Origin: the human T2T-CHM13v2.0 reference genome, Homo sapiens
Length of the DNA stretch: 64,000 nucleotides
Direction: 5' to 3' (one strand)
Assembly (NCBI RefSeq): GCF_009914755.1
Contig: NC_060928.1
The translations under genes and the position numbers were made by a program. Positions within the stretch are counted from its first letter, which is position 1. Each line of letters begins with the position of its first letter. The notes beneath the pieces are model-generated. The model searched no databases. It saw nothing but the letters and a program-made list of their open reading frames with translations, and was not told the DNA's origin. This document shows positions 28,557 through 42,676 of this stretch, one piece after another.

Positions 28557-29640
28557 ATATTCATTCAAAAAAACATTACCCACTTAATATGGGACAAGGA
28601 CTGTTCCTATATCAAAAATTATAAAGGACGGAAATAAACAAAAATGTTTAAAGCCTAATACATTGTTATTTTTAAAAAGATAAAGGAATTGGCAGTATAG
28701 GGTTGTGGGGAGTTATTTTAGATAGAGTGGTGATAAAAGATTGTTATAAAAAGATATCCTCTGAGCAGAAACCTGAAAAAATTGAAGGAAGACGGAATTT
28801 ATGAATTATAGAGGAGAAAATTTTAGGCATAACCATTTGCAAATGCAAGGGCCCTGGGACATATATCGGCATGGCTCTATAGAGGAAATTTCAAGAAAGC
28901 CATTGAGAGAATGGTAAGAAATAAAGTCAGACAATTGACCTAAGATCAGTATACATAGAGCCTTGTAAACCTTGGTAGAGATTTTTATTTTATTTTTTAA
29001 AGAGTCCTGGGAAGCCACTGGAAGCTTTGATAGGGGAATCCCATTGATCTGATTTTCGTTTATAAAGGCACCATGGTAATAGACTTAGGAGAGGTACTCT
29101 CTAGAATGTAAGTAAATGGGGAAACCACATAAGTAGTTCAGTAGTAGAGTCAAAGATGTCATCTTTGAATTGGGTGTCAGCAGTAGACAGGATGAGATGA
29201 GGTAGGATTTGGGATGTAATTTGAATGTAATGGTGACAGGACTTGCTATTGAAGAAGATGTTTGAAAATTCCTATTTTTGGTCTAAGAAATAAAGTAAAT
29301 AGTGGTGCTATTCCCTGACATGGTGTGGACTGGCTTGAAGGAGAGTTAATTTGGGAGTAAAATAAAATGAGTTCTGTTTTAGATGTCATAAGTTAGAGAT
29401 GCATATTGAATTGCAAGTGAGAATCATGTAGGCTTTTATCTATAGCTCTCTAGAAAGAGTCAAGGTAGGGGGCTAGAAATGTAAATTCTAGTGTTATCAA
29501 AGTATACTGTAGATCATAGTCAAAGTCAGGGGACTCGTTGATATTGTCCATGGTGAGACTATGGACAGAGAACAGAAGCAGTCTAAGGACTGAGCCCAAG
29601 AACACTCCAACATTTAAAAGATGGAGAAGAGGATTCTGCA
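28557..29640 (-). mobile_element. L2 fragment
   Basis: gagcagaaacctgaa, tgcaagggccctgg, gggaagccactggaag and ctaaggactgagccc...aacatttaaaag landmarks. Confidence 0.78.
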
Positions 29641-30134
29641 ACAAGATTGTAAGAGTAGGAAGTCAATTAAAAGTAGAACAAAGCAAGTATGTGATGCTGA
29701 AGCCAACACTAATATGTGTGATCCCATGATCATTAACAAGCTATGTTTCTAGAGAATATAACAAAAAATAATCCTTTCAATATTATTTATTTAACTGGAA
29801 ATCTGAAAATTTGTATTAAATATAGGCATAGCAATATTAATGTCACCTAACTAATGAATAATCAAGCCCTTGGAAAGAAAGCATATACCTGTGATTATAA
29901 TAAAAGGTAATTAATTATAGGGTTGAACAGGAAGGGGGAAGAACTATCATTTAAACATGTTATACTAAATATTTATCATGCTTCTTTTGGCTGCGTCTTT
30001 CATAATCTCATAAAAGAGAATTAAATATGGAGTGATGAAAATATAGAGATCTATGTTGATGTTAAGCAGAAAAAATTCTCACTACTTGCAAGTTAATTTG
30101 GTGTTGAATATAGATGACTTCAGATCCTCAATAA

Positions 30135-30317
<183 letters not shown>

Positions 30318-31742
30318 TAAGTAAACAATGTTTCCATTAGCCACAAAATATGAGAAATGATAAGAGTGGCCAAAGCTATCTGAGAATAAGTATGTGGTGT
30401 CTCATAATAAATGTACAACTTCTCTTTGAGTAAAGGATCAATTTTGTGTTACTGCAAAGTATCACTGATTAGTCCAAGTCCTGGAAATGCAGTATTGGTA
30501 GAGCATTTTTTATAAAGTAAAAATTTGGCTATGATTTCAATGTTGCTTCCCACATTTTCCTGGAAGGATAACACATCTTCAGAATTTTAGTGTCCACAAA
30601 GAATGACTATATCTGACTAACACTGTGAAAAGGAAGAAAAAAAAGAGTCATACTTAAAAGGAAATCTTTGCCTTGAGTCTGTCCCATTATGTACTGTCAG
30701 AATAAATAGTTGAATAGATACAGATGTTTGAGAGATAGACGGATGATTGGGGATTGGGGAGAAAAGAAAAGGGAGGGGAATAGCAATCAACAGAAAATTA
30801 TAGTATTTCAGTAACCACATTCTGTTTTTCTCTTCATTACCTTATACTTCATGTGGTCCTTATTGCTGCTATTTACTGGTTGCAGTTGGAATGCTGGGAA
30901 ATAGTGATTAACTATGGTGCACTTATTTAATCCTAAAAGTTACCTAAGCCAGTGTCTCAATTCACAAATGCCATTTCCGTAAGCCCGTGGAGCCCAAGGG
31001 CCTTTTATCCACCACAGCCAGTTTTGCTTTTGTGGTTTCATGCTATAAGATCAACACCACAGTATAATTTCTGCCTTATTAGAACATAATGTTCTATATA
31101 TTGTTTTAAGAAAAATTTTCCTGAAAATGTTTTATTCATCCCCAAACAAGGTAAGTTTGAATTTTCCTAAAGTTGGACATTCATTTCCCAAAAAGCTGAC
31201 AATTCAAATTCAGAATAATTAGATATGTCAGGGAATTCCTTAGGAATGTAACTTGTTTGGAAAAGAAAATCTGGGTAGTTATTTTCTTTTAAAAAGAATG
31301 TAAATTAAATTCATTAGTAGCCACAAAACTATTATAGCATAATACCAAAAAAGTTAAGAATTAATTATCTATAAATAAATAGGGTATTATTTTCTATTTG
31401 CTCATTATACAAATTGAAACTCCCATATTCAACTAGTAATGCTAATAAGTAGTCAATTATTTTATCCATTCATAAAAATGATGTTTCTAGTTTCTCTCAT
31501 GAAATCATGCTGCTCAAGTTGTTTTCCAATTATTCCTTTGATACAGAACCTTCATATTCCCCCAATTTATTGTCCATGTAAATAGATCTATGTGTGACAT
31601 AAATTACAAATCATACAGAGTGAAACTTATACCATTGATGGAAAGCTTATACTGGTGACCCCATAAGCATCATACTTTAAGCAATATGAAAATGATTACA
31701 ACAGCCCAGCCAAAAGATCAATGAAATGAGTAAAATTATGAA

Positions 31743-31970
31743 AATAATAATAAACATTTATTGATCACTTACAAAAAGCCAGATTTTGTGATGCATTAGC
31801 TTATTTAAAACTTACTATCATCTTCAAAAATACATACTATGAATAACTCATTTTATAAATGACAAAACTAAAGTTGAGAGGATAAGTAACTCACCCAAAG
31901 CCTGCAGCTAGTAAGTGACTGAGTAAAGACCAAATCTTAAATCTGGTTCCTGAGCCTACATTCTAACTGC
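31743..31970 (-). mobile_element. MIR
   Basis: catttattga...catttttataaatgacaaaactaaag...aagtaactcacccaa...cagctagtaagtg. Confidence 0.75.
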
Positions 31971-32268
31971 ATCATGTTAGTTCCCACACCACACTTGAAC
32001 TTGAATTTCTGTATGAATCTTAGGTTTTAGAGAACACAAGAAGAAACTCGTCATAGCATTTTCCATTGTTAAGGGATGTAAAGGATGAAATTCTCCAAAT
32101 CCTCAACTGGTCTGAGGAAATAGAGTATCAAAAGTTAGGTGACTTTTGTGTTATAGGCATGTAGGCATATATCCCAACATGAGTTAATTATGTCTATAAT
32201 TGGTATCTACCATTCAGGGTAAGACTTTGGCAAATCCAATCAATAGAAGTCATTTTAAGAAAAATAGC

Positions 32269-32610
32269 TTAATTGTCAAATAAAAATTGTACATATTTAA
32301 GTTATACAATGTGATGATTCAATATACATATACATTGTGAAATAATTGACACAATCAAATGCACCACCCATGCTGTGCATTAGATTCCCACAACTGGTTC
32401 ATCTTCTGAAAGTTCGTACCCTTTGACCGACATCTCCACATTTTCCCTATACTCTAGCCCCTGGCAACCACCATTCTACTCCTGCTTCTACGAGTTTGAC
32501 TTTTCTAGATTCTACATATAAGTGATATCATATAATATTTGTCTTTCTGTGTTTGGCTTATTTCACCTAGTGTAATATCCTCCAAGTTCATCCATGTTGT
32601 TGCAAATGGC
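32269..32610 (-). mobile_element. L1MA-type 3' UTR fragment
   Basis: cccctggcaaccaccattctact...tagattctacatataagtga...ttcatccatgttgttgcaaatggc; possible TSD aaatagc (32262-32268, 32611-32617). Confidence 0.85.
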
Positions 32611-32841
32611 AAATAGCAAAACAGTTTTTAATCAATAAAATTGAGTATTTTATTTCATTAACATATTTCTTATCAATTATGTTGAATGTGTCACATTTTG
32701 GGTATCCTTAAAGCTCAAAATTTATGTAGTTCACATCTGACTTTGAAGTGTTTTTAAATAAATAAATCGTAAAAAGTTTAAATAAAATAACTGATCCTAT
32801 GCAGTAAACAACAACTGTCATTATAGTAAACAAAAAATCAT

Positions 32842-33068
32842 GGTTAACATTGACTGAGAATTTATAATGAACCAGAAGTTCAGCATATTACAAATATCAT
32901 CTCATTTATTCCACAAAATAACCTTAATAATACAAGTACTCTTCTTATTGCCATTTTATGGATGAAGAAACAGAGTTTGGAAGATAATGCTTAAGATTAC
33001 ACACTCAATAAGTGTCAGAGTTGAGAGTCCAATCCATGTCAATCAGACACCAATCCGTGGCCTTACCT
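32842..33068 (-). mobile_element. MIR
   Basis: atctcatttattcc...ccattttatggatgaagaaacagag...taagtgtcagagttg. Confidence 0.65.
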
Positions 33069-33904
33069 GTCAAATTCTTTTTTTTTTCTTTTTTTTAATC
33101 TAGTGGTGGGTCCTAGAATTTGTTTGCTTGATATGGTATTTCTCTGAGGTTGCAGACTTTGTGGTGTCTGTAAATCTGAGTTATTTAGTTATTACTAACT
33201 TTGCCAGCACCAGTTTTTATCTAGACTTTCATGCAATAGCAGTGGGAGGAGAAGCCTGTCTCAAATTTTTCATCCATAGGTTTATCTAAAAGTAAAACCT
33301 GATGGAAAAAGATTGTAATTTCACATCATGTTTCCCTCAAGTGTAGTTCTACTGCCCAAAGTAACTTTGCATTCATTTTTTTAAAAAATCATTCCTTTCC
33401 AGTGCCAACTGGCATTATTAAAAGTCATCAGTGGGTATAATAAATCTCTACTTCCTTGTAATATTATCACTGGACTAATTTTGGAATGAGAGAATCAGAG
33501 CCAAATAAGTTAAAAGAAGCCAGATTCCCTCCCGAAATTTAAAGATATCTTCTAATTTCATGCCTCAACAGTGTTGGTAAACATAATTGCCTGCAGTGTT
33601 TCTTAGAAACATTCAAAATCTCATTTGTAACTAATGCCAAAGTTTCTTGGGAAAATTCTAATTTTTCTTAGAAAAGACAAACTTTTTTTCAAAGTAGCAT
33701 TCAATGTCATGCTTCTTAATCATTTATATTAATAAGATTTGCTCATCACCAAATGAAGCTGCAGTGCATGTCAATGTACTATTTCCAGCCCAATTTTGCT
33801 GTGCCATTGGCAAACACATGCCAACCATAGCTTCATTTCCAAAATTCAGCGTTGCTTCTGCAGACTACAATGGGCAGAGGTGGTTAGAGGAATGTCAGTG
33901 AAGG

Positions 33905-33928
33905 GGAGAGAGAGAGAGAGGGAGAGAA
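33905..33928 (+). repeat. Interrupted (GA)n microsatellite
   Basis: gagagagagagagagggagaga seen directly. Confidence 0.85.
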
Positions 33929-35784
33929 ATCAGCTTCTTTGAATTGATGGTTGACAGAAACTCTTCCACTTTGCTGGGAGCAATCTAATAGATTTATTTT
34001 GGGGAAGCTGAATAATTTCATAAAATTTTACCTTGTTTTTAAAATTAGATATCTATGGGCATCTAATCTAACTGGCACTTGTTATTAATAAAAGTTTTGA
34101 AAGGGAATTTTCCCTGGAAAAGATAACCCATAAATTTAATTTCATATCCCTTCAGTGATATGGGCAGCACATCATAACTATGTCCTATGTTTAATATAAT
34201 ATAATGAGACAGAGTATGACACAGTTCAGTTCTTAAAGGGAAAAAAAATGCCATTTCCACAAGACTCTAATGACAATTTGGGCTTTTTCATTCCCATTGA
34301 GAGGTAACAACATATAGTTAATTGTTTTCAAACACCTAGAAATTGGAATGATTTTTTTTCTCTTGATAACTAGACTAATAGTGGCAATGGTGAAATGGAG
34401 CATGTGAAGCTTTGAAGGTACTTCAGAGTAAGCACTGGATAATAGCATCATCAACATTAGTTCTGTTTGCCTTTATTGTGATATTACTTCCAAAAGCTAC
34501 CTAGTTCACATAAAAGTGAAAATAGCTATGGGAAAATCAGGGTTACACAGTTATAGTTATTAATAACTTTAGAATCAAACTGGTCTTTGGTGATGAAACT
34601 TGAGTTTTTTCATTCCCAGGAGCTGCAAGTAAACTTGGACCTACTCAAAGGGATCCCAACATCCCACCATATTTTTGTGTTCAGTGCTTTCATTCTCCAT
34701 AATGCTTAAGGTTGGACTAAACAAAATATTGAGTTAATTCTGCCACTGAATCTAACTAATATGGGATAGCATTGCTTTCCAAACTGATACAGAAAGAGAT
34801 CCATAAATATTCTATTACTAAAGAAGAACCCCTTTTCCCTAGCATATCAATAACAGGATTTTGCCATCACCTTGGTCTACATTTTGAAAAGAAAATAATT
34901 ATTGAGCAATTTTTTTCTAAGTGTTCACAGGTGAGTATGATCTAATTATGCTTAGAAATTCAAGCATCACCAAATCTGGTACTAAAGCCTGGAGACAGAG
35001 GGAAGGATAGCAAGTGACAGATGCTCTGTAAAGAAAAGGAAAGTGGGACTAAATCATCGAGGGCATGGTAAGACTTGTTAAGGAATTTGGAATTTTTCCT
35101 GGAGGTAATGGAGAGTGACGTTGTAGAAAGACAACTTTATCTCTGGAGAGGAGGACATGTGGGAGAGAGAAAATGTAGGCATGCATGGGAGGCCGTTAAA
35201 GGTGTCTAATGCATGTATATTTACAGCAATTAACTAGTATGTCTCTACTTGATACGAATATGTCTCTACTTTTTTCAAGGGCTACTTAATTTGATAATAC
35301 TAGAGGATTAAGGGTAACTTAGAAATTTGGCTTCAGAAACTTCATATTTCTAGGCTAATATTTACTTATGTAGTGGATGTAAGAATATTGCCTCAGTTAA
35401 TTTTGTTTAAGATATTTAAAGAGAGGATGTGGCTTACTATGTTTTAGCTAACTAAGTAAAAAGGAAGACAGTGATTAATGAGGAAATTCTGGAAATGACT
35501 CTGTTTAGGCTGCGTTTCACATGCAATTTTGCAGAAAAGTTGCATCTCAAGGTCTACTATTCGTGGGCCCCATCTGCCTCTCACTTTTAGCTTTGAGCCA
35601 TCAACAAAGAAGTTAGACTTATTCTTATTCCGTTTGAATGCATTTTTTTCCTGATTGTAAAAAAAAAAAAAACAGGCTGTTTTGAGAAAATAGGAAAGTA
35701 CAAAAAGATGTCGAAGGACAAAGCATTAATAATCCATAAACTGTCATGGGGCAGTAAGTTCTGTTAATATTTGGACAAACTTTC

Positions 35785-38625
35785 TTATAACTTTTAATTT
35801 TGCAATTATTATATATACACAGGAAGTTTCAAAGATATAGTACAGAGCAGTGTCATGTATTCTTCTCTCAGTTCCCTGAATTTTTGCATATTAAGTGATT
35901 ATACTACAAAATTAAAACCAGGAAATTGACATTGGTACAATGTGTGCAAATTGCTCTATGACATATTATTACATATGTAGACTCCTATAATCACCACTGC
36001 AATCAAGATACAGAACTATTCCATCACGGCAAAGATCTCTCTCATTCTACCCCTTTATAGTCACATTCACCCTTCCTTACCAACCCCAACCTCTGGTAAC
36101 TTACTGTGTTCCCCATTTCTGTAAGTTTTGCGTTTCAAGAGTGTAATATAGGATTGAATCAGAGTATGTGGCCTTTCGAAAATGGCTTTCTTATTGATTC
36201 AGCATAATATCCTTGAGATCTATCCAAGTTGTTGTATGTAATAGTTCATTGCTTTTTATTGCTAAGTAATAATCCATGGTATGGATGTACCACAGTTGGT
36301 TTAGCAATTTACTTACTGAATGACATTTTTATTGTTTCAAGTTTTGGGCTATTACATATAAAGCTTCTAAGAACACTTACATGGCAGTTTTCTGTGGATT
36401 TTTTGTTTGTTTGTTTCTCTGGCATAAATGCCCAGGAATACAATTGCTCGGTCATGTGTTAAGTATATATTTGGTTTTTAAGAAACTGCCCTACTAATTT
36501 CCAGAGTGGCTGTACCATTTTGTGTTTCCACCTGCATTGTATGAGAGATCAAGGGTGTCTGCATCTGTGTCAGCATTTGGTGGTATCATTTTTTTTTTTT
36601 TAGCCTTGCTGATAGGTATGTGGTGATGTCTCATTGTGGTTTTAATTTCTATTTTATTATTGTGTAGTGGTATTGAACATCTGTTCATGGGCTCATTTGT
36701 AATCCTTATCCTCTTCCATGAAAGGTGTTTTCATGCTTTTTGCCTATTTTCTAATTGGGTTGTTTACTATTAAGAGTTCTTCACATAGTCCAGACACAAA
36801 GGCTTTGTCATATAGGTGGTTTGCAAATATTTTCTCCTAGTCTGTAGCTTGTATTTTCATCCTCTTTATAGGGTTCATCATAGAACAAAAGTTTTAGAAG
36901 TTGATGAAGTGCAATGTATCAATTTTTTCATTTTATGGATTGTGCTTTTGGTTTCATGTCTAGCACTCTTCAATAAGTCCAAGGTCATGAAGATTTTCTC
37001 CTATTTCTTCTAAAAGTTTTATAGTTTTACATTACACATTTACATATTTGATGCATTTTGAGTTAATTTTGTATAAAGTGCAACGTTTAGGTTCAATTTT
37101 TCACTATGGATATTCAAATGCTCAAGCAGCATTGCTGAAAAGACTATCCTTTCTTCATTGAATTGTTTTGCACCTTTGTACAAAAAAAAAAATCTGTTGG
37201 CCATACTATGTGAGTCTGTTTCTGTGTTCCTACCCTGTTTCATTAATCTGTGTTGTCTATCCCTCTGCCGGTAACACAGTTTTGATTACTGTAGTTTGAG
37301 TAGAGTGATTCTTCCCACCTATTTTTTCAGAATCATTTTAGCTATTTTAGTTCCTTTGTCTTTTTATTATAAATTATAGAATAATCTTGTCTATATCTAC
37401 AAAAATATTGCTGAAATATTGACAGTAATTGCATTAAATAAGTTGGAGTGAGAATTCACATTTTTAATATGATGAGTCTTCTGATCTGTAAACATATGTC
37501 TCCCCACTTATTTAGATCTTTGATTTATTTTATCAGCACTTTATAATTTTCATTATACAAGTCCTGTACATGTTTTGTTAGATTTGTGCCTAAGTATTTC
37601 TTTTTCTCAGTGATTACAAACGTTCTTGGTATCTCGATCCATTTGTGCTGCTATAACAAAATACCTAGGTCTGAGTAATTTATAAAGAATAGAAATTTAT
37701 TTCCTCACAGTTCTGGATGCTGGGAAGTCCAATATCAAGGTGCCAGCAGGTTGAGAGTCTGGTGAGGGCCAGGTTTCTGCTTCCAAGATGGTACTTTGAC
37801 TGCTGTTCTATGTCCTCACATGACAGAAAAGATGGAAGGTCAAAAGGGGCCAAACTCATTCCATCAAGCTTTTTTATAAGGAACTAATCCCAGCCATGAG
37901 AGCAGAGCCTTTATGGCCTGATTGTCTCCTAAAGGTCCCCCTCTTAATATTGTTGAACTAGGGATTAAATTTCAATATGAACTCTGGAAGGAACCCAAGT
38001 ATTAAAATCATAGTAATTGAATTTTTAATTTTAATTTTCACATATTCATTACTAGGATATAGAAATACAATTGTTTTTTGTCTGCTGATTTTATCTTGTA
38101 ATCTTGCTAAGCTCATATCTTACTTCTAGGGGTTTTTGGTAGATCCTTTCGGATTTCCTAGGTATAATTTGTAAACTTACTAAGCTCCTTTATTAGTTTT
38201 AGGAGTTTTTGGTAGATTCTTTGGATTTTTCTAGGTATAGCTTATGCCATTTACAAAGTCAGGTGGTTGTATCATTTTTCTTTCTCATCCAGATACCTTT
38301 TATTTTCTATTTTGCCTTTTCTTTGCTGGATAGAATTTACAATACTATGTCAAATTAAGAGTAGTGAGAGTGAATATCTCTGCTTTGTTCCTGATCTTGC
38401 TGGAAAAGCAGTCTTTGACCGTTAGGTATGACATTATCTGTAAAGTTTTTTATTGTAGATATTATTTCTCAAATTGAGGAAGTTATCTTCTATTCCTAGT
38501 TTTCCATGTGTTTTTCGTCATGAATAGGTGTTGGATTTTGACAAATGATTTCATTTTTTATTGATTGGTATGCTCGGGTAATTTTTCTTTATTAGCCTGT
38601 TTAGTGGATTACATCATTCATTTCA
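35785..38625 (-). mobile_element. Old L1 (L1MD-like) antisense, interrupted by an MST LTR
   Basis: aaaaccaggaaattgacattggtacaa, ttccagagtggctgtaccatttt, tttgcaaatattttctcc and ttgttcctgatctt landmarks. Confidence 0.85.
37630..38015 (-). mobile_element. MaLR solo LTR (MSTD-like) nested in L1
   Basis: ccatttgtgctgctataacaaaatacc...tgggaagtccaatatcaaggtgccagcagg...cttccaagatgg...gggattaaatttcaa. Confidence 0.85.
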
Positions 38626-39049
38626 ACAACTATTTTTAAAACAAGGTAGAGGCTAACTATATTCCCCGCTTCTATTTCTTCTCCATCTTTTTCTCCAAGT
38701 CTTGATTTTCTACTTGATTTTCTTCCCATTATTGATTCGAGTCAATAAAATATCATGACTGTCCCTGCCTGCTGCTTCACATCTTAGTTTCTTTTCCCTT
38801 ACCTTAACTATTGTTCCTCTTTCTCCATTCTCTTCCCAATAGAGTTTATCCACTGGAGTGTGGAGTCCAGACTGTTACCTTCTCCCATCCTCAAAATTGG
38901 CTTGAAAAACTTTATTATTACTTCATCCAATAAAGATGAATACAACTCCATTAGCAAAGCATATTGAGCCCTTCTTTCCCACCCACATTTCTGTCCAGGG
39001 GCACCAACAAATTCCTTCTCACTTTTTCATGCTACAGTCAAGCTAGACT

Positions 39050-39470
39050 CTTATGGGACCTTGCATGCCTCTCTGGAGCTTTACATGCTCTTCTCTCTCC
39101 CTGAAATCACTCAAAACCCCCTTCTCTTCCGGTATCTTCCATTTTCCCAGGCAGAATTAGCCATTACTACACATGTGCCTTCTCTTTGCGATTTTAAGTT
39201 CTTCAAAAGCAAAGACTATGTTATATCCATCTTGAGAGGCACTGCTAGAGTGCCTCTCAGAGTACCTAACAATAGTATGAATAAGAGCAGCTAATATTTC
39301 TTGAGTGCTTGCTATGTGACAGCTAGTTTTCTAAATACTTTGCATGGGTTTTCTCATTTAGTCTTCGTAATAGCCCCATGAGAGATATGTTATTATCATC
39401 TCTATTTTATAGATGATGAAACTGAAGCTAGGGTAGTAAACCCAGGCAATCTAGCACTATAACTTTTTAC
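39050..39470. mobile_element. L2 3' fragment (+) abutting a MIR (-)
   Basis: aagttcttcaaaagcaaagactatg (L2), then ttgagtgcttgctatgtg...ttttatagatgatgaaactgaagc (MIR). Confidence 0.6.
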
Positions 39471-39669
39471 CAGGGGAACATATTGTATGCTAATTACAAA
39501 TACGCTAAACCTTTATTGTATGAAATAAATAAATGAATAAATGGCATCCATAAGGGTTACTATAAATTTCTTAGGAAATAAAGAGAGCTTTGCAGAAAAG
39601 AATAAATGGCAGCAGTATGTTTAGCTAAGTTACTTCCAGGTATTTCTAAGTTATGTGGTATGCAAGTCA

Positions 39670-39890
39670 GTAACGGGAGACTGGATTCAAACAAATCTGC
39701 ATTCGAATTCTTTGCCACTTAATAGCTCAATGACCTTGTCAGGATTCCATAATTATTATAAACCATATTTTCCTAAGAGTAAAAAAGGGATAGATTCAAC
39801 TTCATAGGTTTAGTGTAGTGTTTAGTGTAAAGATTAAGTGAAAAAGAGCATGAATAATATAACACAGTCCATGGACAGCACCTACCTAAC
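39670..39890 (+). mobile_element. MIR
   Basis: ttcgaattctttgccacttaatagct...tgaccttg...gtaaaaaagggata...aagattaagtga. Confidence 0.6.
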
Positions 39891-41589
39891 ATTTGCTTCC
39901 ATTCTTCTACATTTTCTCTAGGCACTCATATAGATTCCTTGGCCTGTCTTTCTCTCTGCCCCCATTTTGATGGTATTTTTGTCATTTTGTCCACAATTCT
40001 ATATATTAATTGTTCCTTTGAGCTGATTCACCTAAATCTCAATGTTTCTTGCTTATGGAGCTACTGTTTCTGACACAGATGTCACCATCCTACCTTACAG
40101 TCTATCTTGCTGAGGGTTGTCTTTTTGCCCTGCTGCTTAATCCTCTCATTTTCCCCAAAGATAAAAGCAAAATAAACAAACAAAAATCTGATGCATCTGC
40201 AAGCCTTATCTGAATTTAGGCATAAATAAGGTCTTGGAAGAATGATTCACTCTGTTATCTCACCTTAGCTAGTGACTAACTAGCACTGAGATCAGGTTGC
40301 TACTAATAGAGACTGGCAAGACCCCTGGGTCAGGATATATATTTGCCAGGTAAGTTTTCTCTCCTAACTCACCTTTATTTAGCCCTCTCATAATACACAG
40401 CTCAAATACTCAAATATGTCCTTGCCACATATTCATAACTATATTTAGTGTCTCCCTTTTTTGAACCACTTCACATCTACCTCACTTACACCCTGTATTG
40501 GAATACTATTCTACTTGTTTTACTTCCCTATTAAAATGCATATTCTTGAGGGTTGTTTTATCATCTTTGTACCAGTTCAGTGCCTTATGTAGTGTATTGT
40601 GTGAGTACTTAGTGGGTTACAAGTAAATATTCACTCACTGAGTGAACTAGAAAGACATTTTTTAGAATCTGACCTGAGAGTGTGAAACTCCATGACTTGT
40701 ATGTGTACCCCATTTAAAAAATTAGATAGAAATATGAAAGCCATTTCTTTGTCCTATTATTCCAGGATAAGAGAGGAAACCCAAAATGGTATGCTCTCTA
40801 AGTATCCTTTGTGTCACCCACTCACTCTTCAGTCTTCCAGTAGGAGTCTTTTTTATAGCTCTCAGTAGGGAATTGCACACTTTATTAGGAGGAGCCAAAA
40901 TGAAGGTGGATGAAGTGAGCGAGGGCTGGCTCATACTGCCTTTCTGTTTCATTTTAGTACAGAATTGTATAGGCTTAACTCCAGAACACACAAGCACTGC
41001 AGCAGAGGAAGACATTCATCTCCTTACTCTCTATTGTTAGTGTTGAAATGGCTTACTTGTCCTAGCACTTAAGTACTACAGTGATGGATGTTTCCCAAAC
41101 GTACAGCTATCTCGATGTCATAGACAGAATTTTGTCTCTGTTTTGGAAAAAAATTAAAACTTCCTAGAAGTATATTGGTCTTTCAAAGCCACCTTTCAGT
41201 GAGCATTTAATTAAAAGTTGTCTCACAGTTTGTGGCTCCCAGGAACAGGGCTATGTTAGCATTTCCATAGACTCTGTTTACACTGAGCTCACCAGGACAA
41301 AAACTTTACCAATTTTATAATCTTCCACAGCTTCTAAAATAATCTTCTTCTGAACAAGATGAATCATTCTAGACAAATCAAATCCTTCTCTTTTTCTCTT
41401 TCTTCCCAATCTTGCTCCTTTAAGCCTAGAAACCTATTAAGTGCTGTGCTCAAGAATATAAATTCCTGTCTCTTCTCCATTTTCTGTTACTTCCTTCCCT
41501 TACTGAAGTCTGCTGGATAAATAAATTCTATCCACAACAAACTTATAGATATGGTTAAAAAAAGAACCTATGCTTGGAGTATACTGCTT

Positions 41590-41952
41590 AGTCATTGTGG
41601 AGGACATAGTTTGAGTACAGAGCATCCTTTTGTGAAATTAATGTGGGAAGAGTAGTGATGAAAATCAGCAAGACTGGAGTTGGCAGCCGGGGCTGTTTGG
41701 CAGAAGAATACTATTAAAGGAGACTGAAGACTTAGGTTCAAGTCTCTTTTCTCCTACTAAAGAATAAGGCAAATTCTAAAACTACTTTGCACTTCAGTTT
41801 TTCGTCTTTTAAAAAAGTGATCCAATTCTTCGCTCACTGCACAAATATTTGCTCCACAGTTTGAATGATGTTATTTTCCATGTCCCTTCAGGCATAAACT
41901 TTTATATCAACTATACCAATGAGATATCTTAATAAACAAGGTGTGAGATAAA
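41590..41952 (+). repeat. Copy A of a 363-bp local direct duplication (intact, empty L1 site)
   Basis: Aligns by eye to 42677-42864 plus 43196-43369 with about 11 substitutions. Confidence 0.97.
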
Positions 41953-42249
41953 ACTGATACTCAACTGAAAACCTGAATAACAGATATCTTAAGTTGAAAG
42001 GCAAATCTGAAAAAAAAAATCCTTTTTTGTCATATCTTCTTATTTTCTTTTTCTAGTTCTCTATTTCCAGTCCTATTTTTCTTTCCCTAGCCTCTCCATC
42101 ATGCCAGTGATGTTGGTATGCTGCCCTCCACACTCTACTGCTAAGTATCTGTTTGACCCCATCAATTCTCTGATGCTCTTAGTTCCTCCATAGTTCCTGT
42201 CACCTAAAGATATTTAATTTATTTTAATGGCTCTCTCCTCCACTCCCCC

Positions 42250-42295
42250 CACACACACACACACGCACACCACACACACACACACACACACACAC
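42250..42295 (+). repeat. Interrupted (CA)n microsatellite
   Basis: Seen directly. Confidence 0.95.
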
Positions 42296-42676
42296 GTACT
42301 ACAGCCTCCATTTCTCAAGCCCAGATGCTAAAGAGGGATGATGCTAAATAAGAGCCAGATACCCCAGCTAATAGCAAGTGGTGAGGAAGGCGAGGAATAA
42401 GGTCTAAAGCTGGCTGGTGGGCTGCTTTTATTCAGAGGACGATTGTCATTTTCTGAGAGGGATGCTACAGAGTTCTCAAGATTTGCTGTTGTCTTGGGAG
42501 TGTGGAGCACATTTGCAAAACAGTTCGGGCATTTATAATCTCAAAATAGCAGTTAATAAGACCTGGCTCTCAGGCATCAAGATATGCATTTAATATCAAC
42601 TTCTGCTGAAATTTCTCAAAAAGGAAATACCACCTACTTGAGAATAGAGGATAATTTCTCTGAATCATTCTGAATC

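Noticed and set aside
31148-31156. Strong donor AAG|GTAAGT 834 nt downstream of the M3 exon
   Set aside because: There is no clearly paired acceptor, and isolated consensus donors are expected in introns of this size.
33808-33826. TTGGC...GCCAA NFI-like palindrome
   Set aside because: The spacer is 8 nt rather than the required 5.
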